Shown here: piece after piece, positions 1-8,400 of the stretch
How positions within the stretch are numbered: the first letter of the stretch is position 1
How the letters are laid out: each line of letters begins with the position of its first letter
Origin: Longimicrobiales bacterium
GTDB lineage: Bacteria > Gemmatimonadota > Gemmatimonadetes > Longimicrobiales > Gaopeijiaceae
Length of the DNA: 64,000 bases
Assembly: GCA_965200255.1 (NCBI GenBank)
Contig: OZ241371.1
Location: 2,187,288-2,251,287, forward strand
Direction: 5' to 3'
The notes under the pieces: model-generated
Databases searched by the model: none
What the model saw: the letters and a program-made list of their open reading frames with translations, nothing else
What the model was told of the DNA's origin: nothing
Made by a program: the position numbers and the translations under genes

Positions 1-942
1 GCGCGGCGCCCCGCGATCGCTCTCCCACGCTGCGCGATACGTCAGCAATCGCCCGGCGACCAACTCGGTGGCCGACTCGGCGAGCTTTTCGCGCACCACC
101 TGGAACGCCCCGAGCGGCTTCCCGAACTGCGTGCGACCCCGCGCATGCGCGACCGCCTCGTGAAGCGCGCGGGCCGCCATGCCGCACGCTGCCGCGGCCA
201 CCGTGGGACGCAGCCGATCAAGCGCCGCCATGCCCGTCTTGAACCCCGTGCCCGGCTCCCCCAACATCGCCGCAACCGGCACGCGGCAGTCGTCGAAGCG
301 AATCTCGCCCAACGGATGCGGCACGCTCATGGGCAGCGCCCCCGCAAAGGCAAGCCCTTCCGCGTCGGCGGGCACCACGAAGCACGAGATCCCCCGCGTT
401 CCGCCGCCCGGTTCGGTCGCCGCAAACACCACGTAGAAGTCCGCGATTCCGGCATTCGAGATCAACGTCTTGTCGCCGCACAGCAGGTAGCCGTCGGGCG
501 CGCCTTCGTCGGGCCCCAGCCGCAGGCCTCGCGTCTTCATCGACCCCACGTCCGACCCGGCTTCCCGCTCCGTCATCGCGAACGCGCCCACCGCCTCGCC
601 CTTCAGCGCCTTCGCCACCCAACCACCCGGGTCCGCCCCCACGATCAACCCCGGCGTCGCACTCAACGCCTGCAGCGCAAACGCCGCGTCTGCGAGCGGC
701 GACCACCACGACAGCGCTTCGCGCGCAATCACGCAGCCGCGCACGCTCCCTTCCGCGATCGGCTCGAACAACCGCGCCCGTCCCATGCCAACCACCAACG
801 CCCGAACCTCGGCCGCGTCCCCATTGTGCGCATCTTGGTGATCGGCCGTCCATTCCCGACAGAACGCATCCACGCGCTCCCGATACTCCCGATGCGACGG
901 CTCGACAAACGGCGCGACGACGTCGAGCGACAGCCCGGTCAC
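1..942 (-). CDS. acyl-CoA dehydrogenase (C-terminal end runs off the window)
   Basis: Absent from the ORF track because there is no stop codon in the window. Hand translation of the minus frame ending at nt 1 gives GAFAMTEREAGSDVGS (541-600) and MAARALHEAVAHARGRTQFGKPLGAFQVVREKLAESATELVAGRLLTYRAAWESDRG (1-180), typical ACAD motifs. The probable start is GTG at 942-940, but it is uncertain. Confidence 0.8.
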   Translation of the reverse strand, partial: MTGLSLDVVAPFVEPSHREYRERVDAFCREWTADHQDAHNGDAAEVRALVVGMGRARLFEPIAEGSVRGCVIAREALSWWSPLADAAFALQALSATPGLIVGADPGGWVAKALKGEAVGAFAMTEREAGSDVGSMKTRGLRLGPDEGAPDGYLLCGDKTLISNAGIADFYVVFAATEPGGGTRGISCFVVPADAEGLAFAGALPMSVPHPLGEIRFDDCRVPVAAMLGEPGTGFKTGMAALDRLRPTVAAAACGMAARALHEAVAHARGRTQFGKPLGAFQVVREKLAESATELVAGRLLTYRAAWESDRGAPR

Positions 943-976
943 GGCATCCGCGTTCTCGCCGGGCCGCTGCCCCGGC

Positions 977-1798
977 CTACTTGAAACGCGGCTGTCGCTT
1001 CTCAACAAACGCCTCGTAGGCCTCGCGAAAATTGGGACTCATCATGCACACGGCCTGTGCAGCCGCCTCCGACTCAAGTGCCTTGCGAAGCGTCATGTGG
1101 GCCTCTCGCTTAAGCGACTCCTTGGTCACGGAGAGCGCAAACGACGGCCCGCGCGCCAACTCTTCGGCCAGCGCCGTCGCCTCGTCCAACACGTCGCCGT
1201 CCGGCACGACGCGGTTGTAGAGGCCAATCCGGTGGGCTTCCGCAGCGTCGAGAAACGCCCCGGTCATGAGCAGCTCGCTCGCTCGTCCCAAACCGACGAT
1301 ACGCGGCAGCAGCCAGGCCGCCCCCATGTCCGCCCCCGAAAGTCCAACGCGCGTAAATAGATACGAAATCTGCGCGGACTCGCTCGCCACGCGCATGTCG
1401 CAAGCCGTGGCGATCACCGCACCTGCCCCCGCAACCGTCCCGTTGAGCGCGGCAATGAGCGGCTGGCGACACTGCCGCATGGCGAGGACCAGGTCGCAGG
1501 TCATCTTGGTAAACTCCACCATGTCTTCCAGGTCGCGGCCGAACAGCTTGCCGATGATCTCATCGACGTCGCCACCGCTGCAGAACCCGCGTCCCGCGCC
1601 CGTGATCACGATCGCACGGATTTCGGGTTCGTCGTCCACTTCCCGAAACGTGTTCCGCAGCTCGTCGTACACCTCGAACGTGAGCGCGTTCAATCGCTCC
1701 GGGCGGTTCAGCGTGATCCGAGCAACCTGCGTGTCTTTGTCGTAGTCCATCCGAAACGAGCTCGGCGTGGGGAAGGTAGGGGATTTGAAGTCGATCAT
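977..1798 (-). CDS. enoyl-CoA hydratase/isomerase (crotonase family)
   Basis: 273 aa ORF with ITLNRPERLNALT and VITGAGRGFCSGGD crotonase signatures. Its ATG overlaps the stop of the upstream RidA gene (ATGA). Confidence 0.9.
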   Translation of the reverse strand: MIDFKSPTFPTPSSFRMDYDKDTQVARITLNRPERLNALTFEVYDELRNTFREVDDEPEIRAIVITGAGRGFCSGGDVDEIIGKLFGRDLEDMVEFTKMTCDLVLAMRQCRQPLIAALNGTVAGAGAVIATACDMRVASESAQISYLFTRVGLSGADMGAAWLLPRIVGLGRASELLMTGAFLDAAEAHRIGLYNRVVPDGDVLDEATALAEELARGPSFALSVTKESLKREAHMTLRKALESEAAAQAVCMMSPNFREAYEAFVEKRQPRFK

Positions 1799-2235
1799 GG
1801 CTCCTCCTTGACAGTGGTGTCTCGAATGGTGTGTGGTCCGTCCCGGCGCGCCTGCGGAATTGCCGCCGTCGCTTCAATTTCTACGACCGCGCGCGGATCC
1901 ACCAGATCCGCTACGGCAACGAGCGCCATGGCGGGGAAGTGCTTCCCAAACACCGCGCGGTATTCGGCCCCGATCTCGGCCAGCGATCCTCGATAGGCTT
2001 CCATATCGGTCACGTACATCGTAAGCCTTCCAACGTCCGCAACCTTCCCCCCTGCAACCTCCACCACGCGCGCAACCTTGGCAAGCGCGGCCCCGAACTG
2101 CGCGGCAAGGCCCTGCCGCTCCACCCCAATCTGGCCCGCCACGAACAGCACCCGACAGCCTTCCGGCGCCAGCATGCCGTTGTTCCAGCCGCGCGGAGAT
2201 CCGAGCTCGACCGGATTGACGATCGTGAACGTCAC
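1795..2235 (-). CDS. RidA/YjgF/L-PSP family reactive-intermediate deaminase
   Basis: Distal part of ORF 1795..2709: VTFTIVNP...LFVAGQIG...MYVTDM...VDPRAVVEIEATA. GTG at 2235-2233 overlaps the SDR stop (GTGA). The upstream ~160 codons of that ORF are an out-of-frame shadow of the SDR gene. Confidence 0.8.
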   Translation of the reverse strand: MTFTIVNPVELGSPRGWNNGMLAPEGCRVLFVAGQIGVERQGLAAQFGAALAKVARVVEVAGGKVADVGRLTMYVTDMEAYRGSLAEIGAEYRAVFGKHFPAMALVAVADLVDPRAVVEIEATAAIPQARRDGPHTIRDTTVKEEP

Positions 2236-3017
2236 GACCCGGCCCCCGTCCCGCTGCCCCCGCCACCCCGCACCACCAGCTCGACTCCGTGCAGTGCCGA
2301 CGCTTCGTCCGGCATGAACGTCATCACGGCGTGCGCGACCTCGTCGGCGGTGATGAGGCGGCCTCCTGGCTGCCTGTCCGCCAGGTTGTCCCGCACGGCC
2401 GCCGCGTCTCGTCCCGTGGTCGTCGCGATGAACGCGATGTTGCGATCCGTCATGGGGGTGTCCACGTAAGCGGGACACACCGAGTTGACCGTGACGCCGG
2501 TCCCCGCAAGCTCGGCTGCCAGACAGCGGGCCATCCCGATCAGCGCATGCTTGGACGCCGTGTACGAAGTGATGTAGCGATTGCCCTCGAGGCTGGCGAC
2601 CGACGCGACGTTCACGACGCGTCCCCAACGCCGCGCCAACATGGCGGGCAACAACGCCTGCGTCACCAGCAGCGGCCCCACGGCGTTCACGCGGTGCAGG
2701 TGCTCCCACTGCTCGCGCGTCACGCGGAGGAACGGCGCCGACCCCGCGATCCCGGCATTGTTCACCACGACGTCGACCGTCCCCAGCAGCGCCTGCGCCC
2801 GACTCGCCATGATCGCCACCGAATCGGGGTCTGCCACGTCGCAGACCACCGCGTGGGCCACGCCGCCCTCGTCTCGCAGCGTTGCGGCCACCGTCTCAAT
2901 CTCGTCGGCGGTTCGCGCGCATACCACCACTCCCACGCCCGCCTGGCTCAGCGCCCGCGCCACGGCCGCCCCGATGCCCCGACCACCGCCCGTCACCACG
3001 GCTCCGCGCCCCGCCAT
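2232..3017 (-). CDS. short-chain dehydrogenase/reductase (3-oxoacyl-ACP reductase-like)
   Basis: VVTGGGRGIGAAVA Rossmann motif, NNAG, and YTASKHAL catalytic Y-x3-K. ATG at 3017; an alternative GTG lies at 3023. Confidence 0.9.
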   Translation of the reverse strand: MAGRGAVVTGGGRGIGAAVARALSQAGVGVVVCARTADEIETVAATLRDEGGVAHAVVCDVADPDSVAIMASRAQALLGTVDVVVNNAGIAGSAPFLRVTREQWEHLHRVNAVGPLLVTQALLPAMLARRWGRVVNVASVASLEGNRYITSYTASKHALIGMARCLAAELAGTGVTVNSVCPAYVDTPMTDRNIAFIATTTGRDAAAVRDNLADRQPGGRLITADEVAHAVMTFMPDEASALHGVELVVRGGGGSGTGAGS

Positions 3018-3026
3018 ACCCACGGG

Positions 3027-3845
3027 CTAGCTCCTCAACGCTTCCGCCAGGGACTCCGTCACGATCTTCCCCAGGACCTGCAAGGTTGCCTGCCCTTCTT
3101 CCCGGGTCGCGGCGGCCGGACTGCCGCAGTAGGCCGCGTCCACGCCCGCCTCTTCAAAGGTAGCCGCGCCCTTGCGGATCGCCACCGACAGCGACGCCGG
3201 GTTCTCCGGCAAGGTCCGCCGCACGCCGTCGCGCACCAGCTCGGGCGCAGCGGCCAGCACCACCGACGTCTCGTAGCAGCCGGCATGGCACGCGCCGCTT
3301 TTGAATTCGTCGGTGAGAAGCGAGGCCCATCGTCGCCGGGTCAGGTCGGGGTGCACAATGGGCATTTCGCCGCGGTGACGCTGCGCCGCTTCGCGGATCG
3401 AGGCCAAGTGGGCCGGGTCGAGGTGCGCATTGACCACCACCAGCGCGACCGCCCCTTGCCGCTCCAACGAGGCCGCCACGTCGGCCAGCAGCGCGGCGAA
3501 GGTCGCGGGCCGCACCGAAATCGTGCCCGGAAAGCCTGCCGCAAAGGGCGCCGCCGTGTAGGCCAGGGGGGGCAGCACCGCGGCGTGGTAGCCGTCGCGC
3601 CGCAGGGCTGGCAGCGCGGCCCTGGCGGCGGCGGTCGCAATGATCACGTCGGTGATCAGCGGAAGGTGGGGGCCGTGCGCTTCCACCGCGCCGACCGGCA
3701 GCAATGCGACCACGCGGGAGCCGGGTGGGGTCGCCGCACTCGCCGCCGCCCGCGCATCGGCACGCCCCCGCCCGAGTCCCAGGGCGTGCAGGTCGGTCCA
3801 GGTCGCGCTTCCCCAATCACATTCGTTCATTTGACCTTCTTCCAT
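3027..3845 (-). CDS. creatininase-family amidohydrolase
   Basis: LLPVGAVEAHGPHLPLITD and GACHAGCYETS motifs typical of the creatininase/MftE-like family. Start taken at the internal Met (MEEGQMNEC), because the first 34 codons of the ORF overlap the divergent CoA-ligase start region. Confidence 0.75.
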   Translation of the reverse strand: MEEGQMNECDWGSATWTDLHALGLGRGRADARAAASAATPPGSRVVALLPVGAVEAHGPHLPLITDVIIATAAARAALPALRRDGYHAAVLPPLAYTAAPFAAGFPGTISVRPATFAALLADVAASLERQGAVALVVVNAHLDPAHLASIREAAQRHRGEMPIVHPDLTRRRWASLLTDEFKSGACHAGCYETSVVLAAAPELVRDGVRRTLPENPASLSVAIRKGAATFEEAGVDAAYCGSPAAATREEGQATLQVLGKIVTESLAEALRS

Positions 3846-3857
3846 CGTCCACCAAAC

Positions 3858-3893
3858 ATAATCCCCATGGACCATATAATCCCCATGGACCGC
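3858..3893 (+). repeat. 18-bp tandem duplication (ataatccccatggacc at/gc) spanning the CoA-ligase start
   Basis: Read directly: units at 3858-3875 and 3876-3893, 16/18 identical. This yields two in-frame ATGs (3867 and 3885). Confidence 0.85.
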
Positions 3894-5444
3894 CTCAACA
3901 TCGCCGACTACTTCCTGGACGACCGCGTCGCGGAAGGCCTGGGCCATCGGGTCGCCCTGCGCACCCGGCGCACGACCGTTTCCTATGCCGCGTTGCAGGC
4001 GCGCGCCAACCGTTTCGCCAATGCCCTGCGGGACCTGGGCGTGCGGCCCGAAGAACGGGTGCTCATCGCGCTCCCGGACACCCCCGACTTCGCCGCCGCC
4101 CTATTCGGCGCGCTCAAACTCGGCGCCGTCGGCGTCATGGTGAACTGCTTCCTCGGCGAGCGACGAATCCGCGAGCTGTACGACTACACCCGCGCCTCGG
4201 CCGTCGTGCTCGACGCGGCCCGTCACGAAGTCTTCCTCGCCGCCGCCGCCAACGCGAGCCACGCGCCGCGCCTCCTCGTTCTCCAAACCCCCGACGGAGA
4301 CGCCCGCGTCAACGCCGCCGCCCCGCGCTTCGACAACTTCCCCTCGCACTCCGACGACCCGGCCATCTGGCTGTTTTCCGGGGGCACCACGGGCCTGCCC
4401 AAAGCGGTCGTGCAGAGCCACGCGTCATTCGTCAACTCGACCCTTTGCTACGCCCGCCAAGTCATTGATTACGGGCCGGACGACATTACCCTCTCGGTTC
4501 CCAAACTACACTTCGGCTACGCCACCGGTTCCAACCTTTTCTTCCCGCTTGCCGTGGGCGCGTCCGCCGTCCTCTTCTCCGAACGCTGCACCGCCGACGA
4601 GCTCTTCGCCCAGATCGCGCGACACCGTCCCACCATCCTGATCAACGTACCCACCATGGTCAGCCACATGGTCTCCCACCCCGACGCCCATCGCCGCGAC
4701 CTGACCTCCCTCCGCCTTGCAACCTCCGCAGGCGAACCGCTCCCGCCCTCCCTGCACCGCCGCTGGAACGACACCTTCGGCGTCGAGCTGCTCGACGGTC
4801 TGGGCACCGCCGAAATGTGGCACGTCTTCATCTCGAATCGGCCCGGCGACGTACGTCCCGGCACCCTGGGCGCCGCCGTCCCAGGCTTCAAGGTGCAGCT
4901 GTGCGACGACCACGGCCGCCCGGTGCCCCACGGCGAGGTCGGCCGCATGCGCGTTCGCGGACAATCGCGCGCCCACGGCTATTGGCAACGGCCCAACGCC
5001 ACCCGACGCGCCTTCGCCCACGACTGGTACGTATCCGGCGACATGATGACCCGCGACGAGCAAGGCTACTTCACCTACCAGGGCCGCGACGACGATCTGC
5101 TCAAGGTCGCCGGCAAGTGGTTTTCCCCACGCGAAGCCGAGGAGTGCCTGCTCAAACACCCCGATGTGCGCGAAGCCGCGGTCGTTGGGGTGGAGAATGA
5201 AGACGGCCTTGTCGTCCCGGTGGCGTTCGTCGTGCCAAATCGGGCCGCAGCGTCACATTTGAGCGGGCGAAACGACGACCCTCCCGAACCCGGCAACGCG
5301 TCCCTCCAGACGCACCTTCGCGCGCACTTGGCGTCCTACAAGGTCCCCCGCGCAATCCACGTCCTCGACGATTTCCCTCGTACTCATCTCGGCAAGGTCG
5401 ACCGCGGCGGCCTCAAGCACATGGCGCGGTTGAGCGGCGGGTAG
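3867..5444 (+). CDS. AMP-dependent aryl/acyl-CoA ligase (benzoate-CoA ligase-like)
   Basis: Distal 525 codons of ORF 2289..5444: WLFSGGTTGLPKAV AMP-binding motif, YVSGDMMTRDEQGYFTYQGRDDDLLKVAGKW, PRTHLGKVDR. An alternative ATG lies at 3885. Confidence 0.85.
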   Translation: MDHIIPMDRLNIADYFLDDRVAEGLGHRVALRTRRTTVSYAALQARANRFANALRDLGVRPEERVLIALPDTPDFAAALFGALKLGAVGVMVNCFLGERRIRELYDYTRASAVVLDAARHEVFLAAAANASHAPRLLVLQTPDGDARVNAAAPRFDNFPSHSDDPAIWLFSGGTTGLPKAVVQSHASFVNSTLCYARQVIDYGPDDITLSVPKLHFGYATGSNLFFPLAVGASAVLFSERCTADELFAQIARHRPTILINVPTMVSHMVSHPDAHRRDLTSLRLATSAGEPLPPSLHRRWNDTFGVELLDGLGTAEMWHVFISNRPGDVRPGTLGAAVPGFKVQLCDDHGRPVPHGEVGRMRVRGQSRAHGYWQRPNATRRAFAHDWYVSGDMMTRDEQGYFTYQGRDDDLLKVAGKWFSPREAEECLLKHPDVREAAVVGVENEDGLVVPVAFVVPNRAAASHLSGRNDDPPEPGNASLQTHLRAHLASYKVPRAIHVLDDFPRTHLGKVDRGGLKHMARLSGG

Positions 5445-5445
5445 C

Positions 5446-8400
5446 ATGGCCGCAACAGCGACGGCGGGCGTCTACGAGGGCATCCACAACGAGCAGGAGT
5501 TCTACAGCAACCATTACCTCGCCGAGTTCCTGGGCAAGGACATCCAGGAGACCGTCAAGCGGTGGACCGCCGAGGGCGCCGCATCGGGACAGCCGCCGCC
5601 CCACGCGGCCTTGGGCAAGCTGGCCGCCGAGTTCGCCCGCTCCCGCGCTCGGTTCGCCGAGCCGGCGGGCCGCAGCCACGCCACAACCCGCGACTCCCGC
5701 GAGGCCCAACCAAGCTTCGCCGCCGGGCACGCCATCGGGAAACGCCTCGCCCTCCAAAACGCGTGGCACCGCCAGCTGCTGGACGTCCTGGGATACGATT
5801 GGAGCCCACGCGACCACCTCCTCGACGACGGCGTCGACATCCCCATCCTGGCCAGCGCGACGGCATCGACCGGCGGGGCCGCATCGCGCGGCAACCCCGA
5901 CCTCCTGGTCATCGGCGCGCTCGACCCCTCCACGGACGACCCCAGCCCGCTCGATCTCCGCCCCCTGCGCCAACAGTTTCGCAGCGAAGCCCCGCCCCCG
6001 GACGACCTGTTGCGGGAAGATTGGGAGCGCATCGTCACCCGCCGCGTCTTCGCCCAGGACCGTCCGCCACGCTGGGTTCTGCTCCTGTCTTTCGGCCAGG
6101 CATTGCTGATCGAGCGCGGCAAGTGGTCGCACGGTCGCCTGTTGCGCTTCGATCTCGCCGAGATTCTGGGTCGCGGGGACGCCGCCGCCGTCAAGGCCGC
6201 GGCCGTGCTGTTGCACCGCGAGTCGCTGGTTCCGGCGTCGGGTTCCGGGCCGTCGCTTCTGGACGAGCTCGACGGCAACAGCCATCGCCACGCGTTCGGG
6301 GTCTCGCAGGACCTCAAATACGCCATGCGCGAGTCGATCGAGCTGATCGGCAACGAGGCCATACGCTACCTGCGCGAAGTGCGGCACGAGCGGGTGTACA
6401 ACCTCGACGGGGACTTGGCCGACGCGCTTGGGCGCGAATGTCTCCGCTACATGTACCGCCTCCTCTTCCTCTTCTACATCGAAGCGAGGCCCGAACTTGG
6501 CTACGCGCCGCTGAACTCGGACGCGTACCGCAAGGGATACGGCCTCGAGCGACTGCGCGACCTGGAGATGGTCGAGTTGGCCACGCCGGAATCGCGCGAC
6601 GGCTTCTACTTGCACGAGAGCGTGCGCATGCTTTTCCGCCTGCTGTCGGAGGGGTTCGACGGCGATCGCTGGGGCGGAACCCGCGACCTGTTCGGGAACG
6701 TGGAACCCCTCCAAATCGGTTTCTCGATCCGCGCGCTCGACAGCGCCCTGTTCCGCGAAGGATCGACGCCGCTGCTCGACAAGGTGAAGCTGCGCAACCA
6801 CATACTGCAACGGGTGATCCGCCTGCTGTCGCTCAATCGTCCGGTCAAGAGCGGCAAGAGCAGCCGAATCCGGCGGCGCGGGCGCATTCGTACGCGCACC
6901 TGGGCATCAACCAGCTGGGATCGGTCTACGAATCGCTGATTGCCTACCGGGGCTTCTTCGCCGAGCAAGACTTGTACGAGGTCAAGAAGGCCGGCACGAC
7001 CCCCGATCCGCTGCACAGCGCGTGGTTCGTGTCCGCGACCGACCTCGACGAATACCGCGACGACGAGAAGGTCTACTATCGCGACGCGGACGGCCGCCGC
7101 CGCTTGCGCATGTACAAGAAAGGCACGTTCGTCTACCGCCTGCAGGGCCGCGACCGCGAGAAATCGGCCAGCTACTACACGCCCGAATCGCTGACGCGCT
7201 GCGTGGTCAAGCACACGTTGAACGAGCGAATAGCCGACGACACGCCCGCCGACGAGATCCTGCGCCTGACGGTGTGCGAGCCCGCCATGGGGTCCGCCGC
7301 CTTCCTGAACGAAGCGGTCAACCAGTTGGCCGAACGCTACTTGCAGCGAAAGCAGCGCGAGCTTCGGACCAGGATCGAGCACGAGGACTACCCCGACGCA
7401 CTGCAACGCGTACGCCACTACATCGCCGACCGCAACGTCTACGGGGTGGACCTGAATCCGATGGCGGTCGAGCTTGCCGAAGTCTCTCTGTGGTTGAACT
7501 GCATTCACCGGGACGGCCACGTGCCCTGGTTCGGCTACCAGCTCACCTGCGGCAACTCGCTGGTGGGCGCAAGGCGCCAGGTTTATCCGGTGGATCAGGT
7601 GCAAAAGCAGAAGGGGCAGAAGAAGGCCGACCTTTGGTTCAACCACGCCCCGGACCGCGTGAATCCCGCTTTCGATATGCGGCGGCCGGAGAGCACGGTG
7701 TACCATTTTCTGCTTCCCGACCATGGCATGGCGAGCTACAAGGACAAGGCGGCGAAAGCCCTCGAACCCGCCCATTTCACTCGCATCGGCGCATGGCGCA
7801 AGACGTTCTGCAAGGCGTTTTCGGCGACGGACGCGGCCGAGCTCGAGCGTCTCTCGGACGTGGTGGACAAGCTGTGGAACCTGCACGTGAAACAGCTCGC
7901 GCGCGATCACCTCGAGACGGAAGACACCCAACTCGTGTGGGGCCAGCCGGACCCCGAGCGCCCTCGGCGCACGCCCAACGCGTGGAAGGACCGCATTCGC
8001 GATCAGGGGATCTTCGCGGAGGGCGGCGCGGTGGCGAGTCCGTACCGCCGCCTCAAGCTGGTGATGGACTACTGGTGCGCGCTGTGGTTCTGGCCGATTG
8101 CGGAGTCTGATTTGCTGCCCAGCCGGGACGAGTTCCTGGACGAGCTATCGCTGATCTTGACGGCCGACGCGAGGCGAGAGGACCAGCCCGAGCAGATCGA
8201 GATGCTGTTCGGCGAAGAATACGCGGAGCACGGCCGCGAGATGGCCGAGCGGGTGGTGGACGAGGCCGGGATGCTGGACTTGGCCGAGCTGTTCGCCCGC
8301 TCCCCGCGCCTAAGCCTGGTGGACGAGCTGGCCGCGCGGCACCGGTTCCACCACTGGGAGCTCCACTTCGCCGACGTGTTCTACGGGACGGGGGAGGACG

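Noticed and set aside
2289-3866. The first ~525 codons of the 1051-aa ORF 2289..5444, which make it look like one very large + strand gene.
   Set aside because: This stretch is Arg/His/Pro/Gly-rich with no motifs, and it lies antisense to two well-supported minus-strand genes (SDR and creatininase family). Recognisable AMP-ligase sequence begins only at the ATGs at 3867/3885.
5880-6140. A PD-(D/E)XK-like nuclease signature in the methyltransferase N-terminal region (NPDLLVIGALD ... ALLIERGKW), which would make it a Type IIG restriction-modification fusion.
   Set aside because: The Asp and the E-x-x-K are ~80 residues apart and the spacing does not fit the canonical motif. I cannot support this without profile or structure comparison.
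5562-6880. The N-terminal ~440 codons of the 1485-aa ORF 5562..10019 (RRGRRIGTAAAPRGLGQAGRR...).
   Set aside because: It is an out-of-frame shadow of the methyltransferase N-terminal segment, which reads sensibly in frame 1. Its composition is Arg/Pro-rich junk, and family-like sequence in this frame starts only at ~6882.
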